Part shown: piece by piece, positions 1 to 12,639 of the stretch
Numbering within the stretch: position 1 is the stretch's first letter
Layout of the letters: each line of letters starts with the position of its first letter
Assembly: GCF_036321535.1 (NCBI RefSeq)
Contig: NC_087467.1
Coordinates: 2,418,001-2,482,000, forward strand
Source of the DNA: Camelus dromedarius
Lineage: Eukaryota
DNA: 64,000 nt
Direction of reading: 5' to 3'
Notes under the pieces: model-generated
The model's input: only the letters and a program-made list of their open reading frames with translations
Told to the model about the DNA's origin: nothing
Database searches by the model: none
Translations under genes and position numbers: made by a program

Positions 1-345
1 TAGTATTTCATTGTATGTATGTATATATACACATATATGTATGTATGTATGTATATATACATATATGTATAAATAGAATATATATACACACATNNNNNNN
101 NNNNNNNNNNNNNNNNNNNNNNNNNNNNNNNNNNNNNNNNNNNNNNNNNNNNNNNNNNNNNNNNNNNNNNNNNNNNNNNNNNNNNNNNNNNNNNNNNNNN
201 NNNNNNNNNNNNNNNNNNNNNNNNNNNNNNNNNNNNNNNNNNNNNNNNNNNNNNNNNNNNNNNNNNNNNNNNNNNNNNNNCTTTTGGAATTAGAGTCCCC
301 TCTGGATATATGCCCAGGAGTGGAATTGCTGGATCATATGGTAAG
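1..345 (-). mobile_element. L1 3' region (antisense) with internal TA/TATG microsatellite and N-run
   Basis: TAGTATTTCATTGTATG at the start and GGATATATGCCCAGGAGTGGAATTGCTGGATCATATGGTA at about 304-343 match antisense L1 3' sequence. Compound TA/CA/TATG repeat at about 12-93; Ns at 94-280. Confidence 0.75.
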
Positions 346-1274
346 CTTAGACCAGTATTAATAAATCTAAGAGGAAGAAACATATTTGCCTCAATTACTT
401 AGACATTTTAGGAAAAAGGTGGCTTTAAAGGCAGCTTTTATTCATTCTTCCTTTTGTGGAGCATGTGGAGGTGCTCTGTGATGAATTAAAATTGCAGGAA
501 ACCCTGATTGGATTTATTTTTTACTCATTTTCATGATCCTTGTTAAAAACAATCAGGAAGAAAGTGATGGGAAACCCAGAGAATACATGTGCTCAAAGAG
601 GAATTGAGTGACAGCCCTTCTGAAGCAGCCATGATACTGTCGAGGAAAACTAAGTGAGAAATAGCATGTATTTGACAGTATTGGGGAACATTCAGCTGTA
701 TGAATGGAGAGAGGTTACATAAGAGGTACTCGTACGGTTATATCCACATTGAATTAGGAAAACAGAACCACCACCAGGTTGTTCAGCCATAGGAATTTAT
801 TTTGGGCAACAAGTTAAAAGATCTTGAAAAAAATTGCCAAGCCAGATATTAACAACCGAAGGAAGAAGCTTTTACTCCAGGACTGGAGGGACCAAAGGAA
901 ATGGTGGTGTTACAAGAGCCCGAGGGCCAAAACTGGCTGTAAAGAATTGAAACTTTGAGAGCTGCAACCGGAAGGGAGAGACCGCACTCCTCAGGACACT
1001 TGGCGAGGGGAGTGAGGAAGGGTGTCCAGGCCTCTCCTACTTTCCTGCTTTCTGATTTCACATCACTGGCTGAACTTAGCCGGAAACCGGTGGGCAGAAA
1101 ATGTGAATCAGACCCTATGCTACAAACCAGAGAAGGGTAAGGGCAGGGAACGGATCTGTGAGCAAACAGGCGCATCGATAGCACAGCAAGAATCATGAGC
1201 ACAGTATCTCTAAGGGAAGTCCACAAAACGCCTACGGGATTAGAGGCCCAGACGACGACTGAAGCTGTCTGCCC

Positions 1275-1298
1275 CTCCATCTCCATCTCCATCTCCAT
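1275..1298. repeat. (CTCCAT)4 hexamer microsatellite
   Basis: Four exact copies, followed by degenerate TCTGCC/TCTGTG units. Confidence 0.9.
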
Positions 1299-1439
1299 CT
1301 CTGCTTCTGCCTCTGTGTCTGCCTCTTCCCAACAGACGAAAGGAAATGTGCTCCCCACAAAGGAAAACCAAGTCCTTCGTATCAGTCAGGGTCCAGGTTA
1401 AGAGACAAAAATCATACCAATTATTTTGAACAGGGTAAT

Positions 1440-1630
1440 TTTTCCCCAGTCTTACTGAGATATAATTGACGTACAGCATTGTATACATTTAAGATACACG
1501 ACATGAGGATTTGACGTAAGTGTATATGAGTTAAAAGCCATCACTTCACACAGTCATAAATTTCCTTCCTTGTGATGAGAACTGTCAGGATCAACTCTCA
1601 GCAACCTTCAAATGCACAACACAGTATTGC
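1440..1630 (-). mobile_element. L1MA-type 3' end fragment (antisense)
   Basis: TTACTGAGATATAATTGACGTACAGCATTGTATACATTTAAG ... ATCAACTCTCAGCAACCTTCAAATGCACAACACAGTATTGCT resembles the antisense L1MA9-like terminus. Confidence 0.7.
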
Positions 1631-2399
1631 TGAAGGGTCAGTTTAGCGTGAATAGCTGGTGATAGGTAAAAGGGGGTTAACTACTCAAAGGGGGACAGAA
1701 GAGCTGTAGAGTGTGACCGAGGCAGCAATACAGGAAGCATCTACACCCTAAGGTTGAAAGAAAACTAAACAAGAAGGAACTCAGAAATGTAGAGGAGGGC
1801 CCTTGGGGTGGAGGTCCAGCCCCCCAGGCCCAGTTGAAAGGCACAAATGTCATGTGCGGTGTCCCAGCTGGGTATCATGAAGAAGGACCAAAAAAAGTGA
1901 GTTTGGAGTCAAGAAGTAATAGATTAATAGCCAACACACCTGCCCAACCTTAGTGACCTGTGTTTTCACTGACCAAGTTGACGATTTTCCATTTTGCCAT
2001 GTAAGCCATGAAGCCAGGGGTAAAATTCAGGAGAAACTCAAATCCGTATAGTTGATTAAGGTTGGAACTACAGGCGGCCCCAGGTGTGGTTCTGGTTATT
2101 CTGTATGAATCTTGAAAGCCTCCACCAGGTGTGGCCCCCTGTGCTGAAAGGCTGCTAAGCATGGAGCCTGTCTTGATTGAATCAGCTCCCTGCCTGTGGG
2201 CAGACTGCTCCAGTAGGAAATGGCTTCCTTCTCCTCTCTGCTTATCTAAATCAGAGCCTCACTTTAAGGTTCAATTGAAATCCCACGCCCCTCCCCAATC
2301 TGACATCATCTTTCCCTCCACACAACTCTTTTTTAAGGTAAATTTTTCTTTTTTCTGTACCATTCCTTTGGAAAAAACAAACAAATGAACAAACTAGTC

Positions 2400-2457
2400 G
2401 TGTGTGTGTGTATGTGTGTGTACACGCACATGTGCGCATTTCTGTGTGTGTGTGTGA
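2400..2457. repeat. Interrupted (TG)n microsatellite
   Basis: TG runs directly visible, with CA/CG interruptions. Confidence 0.85.
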
Positions 2458-4774
2458 TGGTGGTGAGGTGGGTCTCATTTCCAAACAATGAGAGCAGAGT
2501 GCGTGATGGGGGATGTAGGAACTAAATCTACGGGGCTGGAGATCAGCAAACCAAGATGGGAAGCAGACGGGAGAGTGTGAGGCCAAAACCAAGCACCAGA
2601 GAAACATTCTTATCCCATCTTCCGTCCACAGATCCTTGGCATATTTAATTCAGAAGTGCACACAGTGCCCCCTTTGATTAGCAGTGACCTCCATGCGGGA
2701 AAGTCTCCTCATCCCAGCATCTAGAGGAAACATCTGTCCTTTGCTGAACGCATGTGAGACATGGGAGATTGAGCAGGACTTCTCTTCGCCGTCTTTTCAG
2801 AGTCGCATTGTTCCCAGCATAATACAATCTTTTTCTTTGCCTTTGGTCCATTCCGGTTTTGGATTTTGAGAGCGGAAGCTGCCTGCACGTAGTTGGACAG
2901 TTTGTCCCCAACTAATGAAACTCAGCCTCGGGACCTGTTTCTTTGGACTCACGCGGAGTTTTAGTCTTGAGTTTCCTGAGACTGTACTGAAATGTGCTTT
3001 CTCCAGTGACATTCATTATCTTTCCTATTTTGGTTTTTGCCCAGGAATGTTTTTTGGAAGGGCAGATGGCAGTGAGTGCCCCAGGCGCTGTGTCCCAGCA
3101 CCCAAACCACTGTGATTTAGGGACACAGTGTGTTTAAAAATGAAATAAAAGAAAGCCAAGAACCCCGCTTAGACGTGCCTGCTTTCCTGTGTTTCCCCAG
3201 TCCGCGTTGTAAAATGAATTGAATGCCCCATCCCCGTCTTCTTTCCTTCTTACCCCCCCAAATATTTTCAGTGTTATTATTGTGTGACATTTATCCAAGA
3301 AACAAAGGTAGCAAATTCAACCCTAAGCCTTGGGGAAACAGGGACTGTCATTTACTGAATACCTTCTATTTGCCAGGAACTTCTTACATGTTAACTCCAT
3401 TTTCACAAAAACTGAACCAAACAGGAATTACCCTCATAATAAAGATTGAGCTCAGGAAGTAAAATGGTTGGCACATGACCACAACGACTGTAAGTGGATA
3501 AGCACCTGGTCTTGGTCGGGAGATACGTGCTGGAGGGAAGGGCACATTGGGACGACACCCAGGAAGGAGGTGGGCTCTGAATCCCTGAGTCCTTTCTCCT
3601 TCAAGACTCTTCTTGGTGGAAGAGATTGTAAAGAGAGTTGCCCAATGGGGGCTGAGCAGCTAGTTACAAACAGATGCAGGGTTATCGTTTGGAGGAAGGG
3701 TAGGGCCTTTCCCTGCATTTCCAGGGGCCAGACGGGAGCAAAGAATGCCTGTCAGATGAGATTGATATTGACATAGAACCAGGAAGCTCGTTGGCTAATT
3801 AGATCTGCTCTAAAATGGAATTGACATGTGAGGCATGCCCAGCTCCCAGCCCCTAGGAGTGCCGAGCAGAGCACACACCCCTCTGCCCCTGCCAGCTCTC
3901 AGACCCTGCGATAAATAATTCCCTGTTCTCTCTCCAGCTCCACAGTTCAGTGCTCAATGGGCAGCAATCACTCCTTTTCGTCATCGTTTATTTCTTTTAG
4001 CTTATGCTTGAAGCTGAGAGAGTGGAAACTCTAGGAGCCTCAATTGCTAGATAGGTTTTGTAGAGCCTGATTTAAGAAAATCAATCTGCTAGCGTGTGTT
4101 CTCAGTGGAGTGAACGTGCAGGAAAGCATTGCCGACCTAACTTTGTTAAACGAGTTGCTAGTGTGTTTCTGGTCGTGTTTATGTCGAGTGGATAAAGAAA
4201 TTCTGCAAGGGAAGCCATTGTAAGAACCGCAAATTGGCTAACACCTAAGGCTGCTTCTAAGGTAATATTTGCGGTTAAAGAAAAAGGGAAGTAGTTTGTC
4301 AGGTAACCCCAAGCATCTTGAAATTTGGTATTAAATTTTTTTTAAATCACTATTTTACCCTGTTGTCTCAACTTGAATTCAAATTTCAATTAGTTTACAA
4401 ATACCGAATTATTACAGCCAATCTAGAACTTGATTCTAAAAGTTTTGCCCACAAAGAAACAGAATTCTGAAGGAAGATTCTAGAGAGACACTTCTCCTTT
4501 CCATTGCTGAGGCAAAATTCTTTTTATTATTACTATTGGCTTTTGGTTATTTCTGACGGAAATAAATTTAACTAACTTAGGCTTAAAAGACTGAAAAAAA
4601 ATGTGGTCATTTATTCCTTAAATTAACCCACCACTCTTCCCAGATTCCTTTCAACTCCATTTTCTGGGGAGTAGCCAAGGATTTATTCAAAATCATGCAA
4701 TGCCTAAAATAACCATTATTCCCTCTATTACAGGTAGTATTATATCCGGGGCCCTCTCACTTACAGGCACGTCT

Positions 4775-5034
4775 NNNNNNNNNNNNNNNNNNNNNNNNNN
4801 NNNNNNNNNNNNNNNNNNNNNNNNNNNNNNNNNNNNNNNNNNNNNNNNNNNNNNNNNNNNNNNNNNNNNNNNNNNNNNNNNNNNNNNNNNNNNNNNNNNN
4901 NNNNNNNNNNNNNNNNNNNNNNNNNNNNNNNNNNNNNNNNNNNNNNNNNNNNNNNNNNNNNNNNNNNNNNNNNNNNNNNNNNNNNNNNNNNNNNNNNNNN
5001 NNNNNNNNNNNNNNNNNNNNNNNNNNNNNNNNNN
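4775..5034. other. N-run (260 nt); other runs at 94-280, 15187-15317, 29100-29260, 35513-35644, 36263-36443, 37438-37609, 53479-53606
   Basis: Directly visible. This run begins just after TA-CAGGCACGTCT, which resembles a Tigger TIR start. Confidence 0.95.
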
Positions 5035-6254
5035 TTATTTTAAATATATATTGAAAACGCTGAGATTCCCCTGATGTGGTAGCCTGGAAATGCTAATGTG
5101 CCAAGCTCTGTTTTTACCTGTCCTTATAACTTCTGCTCTCTGGCCCCAAGTCAACGTGAAGGGTTGGCGGAGGATGGAAGAGCTGCCGATGCTTTACCAG
5201 AGTGGAGGGCGGGAGAGTAGAAAGTTTGCTCTAAATCCATGAGGGCGTGAGGAAAATCATCTTACATTCTTGATAGTCACATTTCTAAGAGGGCATGGGG
5301 CTGGCTATCAGTGAAATTGTGAAAAAGACAGAGTTTTGTATTCCCTGATACACTTCCGGTTGAGCCTAGATATTTCGTGGATCAGAGTGTTCATTGCTGA
5401 GTCCATTTCTGTAGCAGAACGAGGAGGACAGGGACCCTCATCAGGAATGAGACAACGCCGTCACAGTCCGTCATCGGTAACGTGGATCTGAGTCTGCTCT
5501 TTAATTCTCCGTTGGGCCAAGCCCCACTTACATAAAACCCTATTAAGCGGCATCTCATCTGGGAGTCTCGTTTCACTTTCTCAGAAAGATGTTTTGTCCT
5601 CCAGGTAGATTACAATCTATTTTTAATTAGCTGAGTGATATTTAACATTATATCCCCAATGCTTGATATATTTCTTCCTTAATAAATGTCGGCTGATCGA
5701 ATGAGTGAATGCAGAAAGTTTCTGACCAGAGTCATGGCCCATTTATTTCCAATTCTGACCTCAGCTGGGAGCCCTTAGAGGTGTCTGCTTTTCACCAGGG
5801 GAGCACTTTCAAACTGTGAGCTGGGAGCGCCCTTTTCAATTCTCCACAGCCCTCTTCCTGGGCTTGCTGTTAACTGTCAGACTCAACTGAGCTTGAAGTT
5901 TGGGATCCTTCCATTCCATCCTGGAAAAATATTCTAACACTCCCCCTTTGGTAGTGTGTTTTGATCTCCTCTTGCAACTTCTACTTTGGGTACTTCGTGC
6001 TGAGCCTGACAAAGACCAGGGACACTCTCTCACTGACATGAGGTGACAATCAGTGTAGGCTTCCCCTTAGCTGCCATTCAGCCACACGGAGAAAATCTAG
6101 CAACCATCCTCTGTGTGCTTCTAAACCCAGCTTTTAGGGCTGACTATTGGAACAATATGGATGTGAAGATAAGAGACATAAATAGAAGGGCGAGGAAAAA
6201 TTGAGGAAAGTCAAGTTTTACCTGGAAAACTAAATAACCGAAAGCCTGTTTTAA

Positions 6255-7435
6255 CAGGTAAGAGAACTTAATAAGATGGCTGAATACCAAAATAATATAC
6301 AGGAATTAATAACTTTCACATATTTGATCAACTATACATATAACATCAAGTTAGAACACATAATGGAAGAAAAGCATATATAATAGTAATTTCTAAAACA
6401 ATCTTAATAAGGTATAATTGGCACACAATTAACTACACATTTAAAGTGCATAATTATATGTTTGGCATATGTGTACACGCATGAAATCATTTCTACAATC
6501 AAAATAATGAACATATCCATCATTTCCAAAAGTTTTACCATGAAAACATTTATAATATAATATAACAAAATGGACTTCTACATAAAAACATAAGATATTT
6601 ATAGGGAAAAAGACAACCTAGCTAAAAAAATCAATTTACATGATAGATGAAAATGTATATTATTTAATATATAAAGAGTTTCTACAGATCAATAAGAAAA
6701 AAAGACAAGTAATCCAAGAGAGAACACGGGGAAAGAGATCAATATACAGTTTATAAAGAAAGTAATGGCTTTTTAACAAATGTGCTCAGTCTCCCTGAAA
6801 TAAAGGAAGGACAAATTAAGCTATACTGCTTACATTTTCCATTTAATAGACAAAAAAATGTGAAAAGGTAGCCCAGCATATTAGTTATTTTGAAGAAAAA
6901 GCACTCTGATTTCATTATGGTTTGACTTAGGGCTTTTATGGAAGATCTTTTGGAAATATCATTTAATTAAAAAAAATAACTTTTCATTTAAGCCAGAATG
7001 GAATTTTTTTAGTGTTTATTCTACAGATACACTAGTCCATGTGCTAAATGATCTACATGCAAGGGTATTTTTTGCAACATTGTTCTAATAACAAAAGGTT
7101 AAAACTCAATGCCCCATATATGGGACTGGTTACTTAAATGATGCTACATCAGAAATGTAATTCCATACATCTATTAGCATAGGCTAATACATGCAGATGG
7201 TACGAAATTAAAAAAAAAGAATATACAGTATAAAGGAAGTCTCTCTTCTGCCTGCTAAAATTACACAGCTCCCCTTTCAAGGTGATTATATCCATTATAA
7301 AGAATATAATGAGATAATAAGCAACTATTCAAACAAATGATGTGGTTCTATATAAAATCATAACAAAAAATTCCAACATAAAAACAAGGCGCAGAACACT
7401 GTCTGTGGTATGCTATCATATATGTAAATGCATAG
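6255..7435 (+). mobile_element. Old L1M (L1ME/MC-like) fragment with a nested antisense L1 3' piece at about 6397-6540
   Basis: A-rich degenerate L1 ORF2/3' sequence (e.g. GAGTTTCTACAGATCAATAAGAAAA, ATATGGGACTGGTTACTTAAAT). The nested piece reads AAGGTATAATTGGCACACAATTAACTACACATTTAAAGTG. Confidence 0.6.
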
Positions 7436-7739
7436 AAAATGTCACACCTGAAGCTAGCAACCACTCACATCCGCACTTCACATAGGTCCCCAGTGTTGAG
7501 ACCACAGTTAGATTTCATCACCAGCCAGAACCACTCCTCTTTATAGAGCGTACATGCTGAATGGTCTCTTGGTCTCTTCCTTGCTGACACCTTCACTTAA
7601 ATACAACCTGTTCTTCATGGTCATGACTTCAATTTCTTCAGAATTCAACTCTAGTTTTATGGAATATGGCCCTCCCAGTAGGATGCTTGAGCTTAGTTAT
7701 TGTGACATGGATTTTAACCCACATCATCCTGAACTGGAC

Positions 7740-7922
7740 CATTGGTTCTCAGTCCTGAGCATCGGAACCACTTGGAGGGCTTGTCGAACCACAGATTGCT
7801 GGCTTCATCCCCAGAGCTTCTGGTTCAGTACATGTATCTGGTTGAGGTGTACGTGAATTTGTTACCAAGTTTCAGCTAATGCTGAGGACATCGGTTTGAG
7901 GGTCATAGTTTGACAACCACTG
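7740..7922 (-). mobile_element. MER5A-like hAT-Charlie MITE
   Basis: Ends CATTGGTTCTCA ... TGACAACCACTG; internal ACCACTTGGAGGGCTTGTCGAACCACAGATTGCTGG matches MER5A. Confidence 0.75.
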
Positions 7923-8702
7923 GCCTTGAGCACTGAATAATGGTAGAACCCATTTCATACCCAGCCTCAGTTTAAATTTGGGTTCTTCATATGTAACCAT
8001 CTTTGCATCTTCAACCCACTCTAAGCCTATTTATGACTAATGGCTTCACCCAGATGGGAAAATTTAACATTTAGAAAATCTCATGTTATTTAGAGCAGCC
8101 TTCTTTTCAAGGGGAGAGGAATAAATTCCCTTCAGGGCCATGTCTAAAATGCCCAAAGTCAGCAGGGCATTAAATTTCCCAGATTCAACTCTTTGCTTAA
8201 TGTTAGGGATGTGCATTTGTGACATTTTTCTTTCCTTTACAGTTGAAAGAGACGTTTGGAATTATCTAGGCAGCAGCCCACATGGGGTGGATATTTGGCA
8301 GCTCTGCTTTTTTCTGGACCTAGAAAGGTTCATTAGCATAGATGTGAACAGGGGAGACCTACGCCTTTATATAACTAAATAGAAAGCCCTTTTCTCCTCT
8401 ACTTTCCTTTCTGCTCCTTGTAACAGCCAAGCTCAGGACATGCCAGCAACAGAGCCAAGGCTGCAGATACAGAATTTTGGCTTACCACAATTCAACCAAA
8501 ACACCTTATGGACTAGAGGCAATGGAAGAATCTTTATGAGATTCTTTCCTTCTTTGATGCCCCACCCTTTTATTAGGGTTTATTTTCAGTATTACTTGCC
8601 TTGCCCCACACTGTTCTAGGCGAAGGATGAGCCAAAAATAAAACCATATGGGAGGCTGCAAAATGGAGAGACGGTGGCTGGAGTCTTAGAGTTGCAAGCT
8701 GG

Positions 8703-9156
8703 TGTGTTGGCCAAGAAAGTGTGCTGCTAAGATCTCACTTTAAGACAAGACTCTCTTTTCAGGGGCAAGGGGGGCAGTCATCGGACATCATTCAGCTGCA
8801 GCCCCTTCAGGACTTGCCTCAGCTTTTGAACCATGGCCACACTCTTCATAGGTGGTGCCCAGAAAAGGACTGAGGGTTCTAGAGTGTGGCTGAGTTTTTC
8901 CCCAGTGAAGTGTTCCTCTAATGGGCCACCTTTGCTCTGAGTTCTCCATCGGGGTAGCTGAGAATCTGCGATCTGAAGTTCTCTCTGCCCAGTCCTGCTT
9001 CCTTTACTCTTGTCCTTCAATAGTGACAGAGTCAAGGCTGCCTGATTGTGTCTTCTCTCCTCACTTTTTAAATCTTTCATAAGAGTTTTTCAATAAAATC
9101 ATTTGCACTCCTAACCCCATCTAAGTGTCTACTTCCCTGAAGATCCTATTGATACA
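8703..9156 (+). mobile_element. LTR16-family (ERVL) solo LTR
   Basis: TG...CA ends. CCTCTAATGGGCCACCTTTGCTCTGAGTTCTCCATCGG and CAATAAAATCATTTGCACTCCTAACCCCATCT...GATACA match recalled LTR16 consensus blocks. Confidence 0.7.
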
Positions 9157-9601
9157 TCTGAAAATTAGGAACATATGATTGTTCAAAGGAATGAGACATG
9201 ATTTCCCAATGGCAGCTGAGACATGGGAGGAAAGGGTGACATAAATGAGAGGGAAATTTCACAGTGCAGACGACAGCCACATTGACTACGGCAGTTTCCT
9301 CTTCAGTCCTGCCAGAGGCTCACCATTGCCCACAGGATGGGTCTAAGCCCTGGTAAGTTTCCTCTATTTTCTCTTTCCATTTTTCTTTCTAAAATTTCTC
9401 TTCCACTCTCCTGTGTACAAACCAGCTAATATCGACTTTACAATGTAGACACAGACACAGAATTTTAGACTGGGAGAGGCATAGTTCATACTGTGTCCTT
9501 CCTCATTTTATAGGTGAGAAGATGGATTTATAGAAAGCCAACTGGCCAAACTCTCCACTCTCTCAACACACACACACACAATGTATTTTCAAGAGTCTGA
9601 A

Positions 9602-9695
9602 CCAGTGCTGTCTAATGGAGACTTCTATGTTCTACATCTGCTCAGTCCAGGGTGGTCGCCACTAGCCACATCTGAGCACTTGAGTGGCTAGTGAA
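9602..9695 (+). mobile_element. MER3-like hAT MITE fragment
   Basis: CAGTGCTGTCTAAT ... GCCACTAGCCACAT ... GAGCACTTGAGTGGCTAG. Confidence 0.6.
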
Positions 9696-9827
9696 TTCGC
9701 CGTGTGTCACTCGCGGATATGATACTGAACACTGAAGACCAAAAATTTTGCTCATCTTCTTTCATCTGTGATGACTATTCTGATGCCTTTTTGTCTTTCT
9801 AAATTCAACCCATTAAAAAATGGTTCT

Positions 9828-9910
9828 GTATGACTGAAGCCTTGTGTTGTACACCAAAAAGTGACACAACATTGTAAACTGATTATGCCTCAATAAAACA
9901 ACAATAACAG
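9828..9910 (+). mobile_element. Short young L1 3' terminus
   Basis: GTATGACTGAAG...GTACACCAAAAAGTGACACAACATTGTAAACTGATTATGCCTCAATAAAA, then an A-rich tail. Possible TSD AAAAATGGTTCT / AAAAATCTGTTCT. Confidence 0.75.
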
Positions 9911-11343
9911 AAAAATCTGTTCTTCTTAAATCTAAGTGTTTTTCCCTAATGAGTCCTCCCTTGACCATTTTAGCTTACTTAGAAATTGACAGCCTCTGTA
10001 CTATTACCTTTGTTGGTATTGTTTATCATTCAACACGTGTGTAATGAGTACGTACTGAGTTCAAAGCCTTATACATGATGCCTTAAAAAAAAGCCTCTTC
10101 TGCTGTCACTTACCTGTTTAATCTATGATGTAATTTAACTTATGACTCATAGCTTGTTACTGAGTTTTGTTTTGATTTGTAAAATGTCTCATAGGTATTC
10201 GCCTTTCTTAACACCAACTTTAAATCCCTTGAAGGCGGAGCTTGTGTGATTTGCGCAAAAGCAGGCACTGGAAAACTAGGTTAGTTGATCTGGTAGATAA
10301 ATTGTGCCCACGGATACTAGTAACTGATTTTAAAGTAATACGGGTTATTATTTCTTGAAGAACCAATACTCTATATTAAAACACCATCCTTTTTGCCATC
10401 TTCTTAACCAGGTAGGGAGGAGGGGGTCACTTCACCATGAGCTGGGATAGAGGAAAGAAATAAAATATCCACCCACTTGTGGGTTTCGAGTTAAAATTCT
10501 ACAGTGAATGGTCTGGAAGTCTAAGTTGCTAAATGATGTTCCAAAGGATCTTGGAAATATTGAAATATGTGCTTCTTTAAAGTAAATTATCACTGTTCCC
10601 TACCATTGTTGAAGAGAAAGAATTTCATTTAATTTCCTATTTGTAGTTTCTATCTATCTTAGAAGTATTAGGGAAATAGGATTTTTCTTACTGACTGTAC
10701 AGTGTACAAATCATGGCTTCCCTAGTGGAAAGCAATGGATGGTTTGGATTCCATAAAACGCCTGGGATCTGTCTGGATTCCACAAAATTGCAGGGATCTG
10801 GTTAACTTAGATCTTGTGCCTTGCATTCATTCATATTTCTTCCCTTTTCAAGTCTGAGCTCAATTATTACAGTCTGATGAGTTTTAAGTGTTCAGCTCTA
10901 TTTTTAAATTTAACACATGATTTGGCAGTTTGCACAGGGATTGACAGATGCTTTAAATATATCAATAAAAATCTATTATTTTTTTTAAAAGAAATGGATT
11001 AATTTGTCTGAAGGAAAAGAAAAATCCTTTCTGCAGTATTGAAAGCCACTGGGAGATTGGGAATAAGTGGTGATATAATTTATCTGTTCACTGACAGGAG
11101 CTAAATAGTCAGGATGCTTTAAATAAAAGAGGCCGGCAGCTGCTTTTCTCATTTTCTAGCCTAATTGGAAGAGAATGAATTCTGAGAGAAGTTCCTGTTT
11201 GGTAGGAACAACTTTCTTTTCCTTGCTACGTATTCTTCCTTTAAGGCTACTCAAGTCTCACTTCTCCAGGAATCTTTGCTTGGTTAGTCGCCTCTTGCCA
11301 ATGCTCTGTCTCTGAGTTCCTGTGTTATATATATGATCCTCTC

Positions 11344-11800
11344 TATAAAATCGGGTACCACATTAATTTCCCTTTCCTCTTCCCACTCTCCCCCCTTCCC
11401 TCCATTATTCCCTCCCTCCCACCCTCCTCTCCCTCCCTCCTTCCCCTCTTTCCCTCCTTCCTCTGCTGTGTCTGAACTCCCAGTTTAGATGGTTTGTTCC
11501 CAAAGCAGCAGGAAACCACGCGTCTTTTGTCTAAAAGGGGAGTAACTAGAAAAGAGGAACTTAAACATTTTGTATTGATTTACTGAACTGATTTTTCTTA
11601 GAAACCTCGCAAATCTCTTGACCGTTCTGTGCCTCCCCCTGCCCACGCACACGCATAACTTCAAGCCAAAACTCCTCCTCTGGTGGGCACGCTCACTGCT
11701 CACCGCACAGACCAGACTCACAGGTGAGCAGCTGATGGCAGTTGCTTCCAGATGTTTACCAGCGGCAATCATAGCCTGTCAGTAAGCCGGTGACAGAGCA
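11344..11800 (+). promoter_or_regulatory. Candidate promoter/enhancer (TATA-like box, E-box cluster, forkhead and TALE motifs)
   Basis: TATAAAA at 11344; CAGGTG/CAGCTG/CAGTTG/CAGATG at 11721/11729/11739/11749; TGTTTAC at 11753; CTGTCA at 11776 and TGACAG at 11791. No recognisable repeat. Motif evidence only. Confidence 0.4.
11367..11464. repeat. Polypyrimidine/polypurine tract with a G4 motif on the minus strand
   Basis: About 98 bp, nearly all C/T. CCCTCCCTCCCACCC at 11410-11424. Confidence 0.85.
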
Positions 11801-12639
11801 GGGCTAATTTCTCAAAAGTAATTAACTCTCAGGAAACTTGGTGATGCATTTTAGGAGAATAAATCATTCTTTTCACTGTCTCCTCTGCACAAACATGCAC
11901 ACTAACACAAACCCACACCTTTTCAGGGCCTCTTTGTTGGTAAGTATATTCATTATTCAGGGTTACTGACGGAAATAATACATATGCAAAGATTCACTGG
12001 CAGAAACCAGATCACCTGCACTTTAAAATAATAAAAGAAAAGCATAACTAAATAAAATAAAGCGATAAGGGTTACATGCAGCCCCTCATTCGGATGGATC
12101 AAGAGAATCCAATATTCTCTTACAATGGATTTTGATCATACCTTGGGATTTTTTTCATAGACGAGCGCATGTATTGTCTTCTATGAGAATGCCCAGTTTG
12201 GAGAAACCCCAGGACTAGAAAGAGAGGAGGGAACGTTAATACCCCTCCAGCTAAATCAGTTGAACCAGCCCCAGTGTTCATGCAGTGACCCACGGAATAG
12301 CCTCAGTTCCTGGTGCTTTAACCACATTTAAGTCACTAAGAATTAACTTAGAGTGAGATAATAATATTAGCAATGCTTTTCATCTATAAAAACCAATGAG
12401 CGTTTTCCCTGGAAAACCCTCACTGATGCCTGCTGAGTCCGCTGTGTTGGCAGGTGAGGATCTGGGTGGCAGACATCTTATCCTCCTGAGTAAGCCACCA
12501 GCACAAGTGGATGAATTAATGTAACTGCAACTTAATTCACTGCATATTTCCACTATAATGTAAATAACAACATTTTGCTGTGTTTGGATTTGTGGTGAGA
12601 GACTGCCTATATCTTCAGGGATTCAGAAATTGGTCTATG

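Noticed and set aside
849-1358. 169-aa minus-strand ORF with an EMEMEME run
   Set aside because: The low-complexity stretch is just the (CTCCAT)n microsatellite, the rest overlaps probable ancient LTR-like sequence, and it resembles no protein I know.
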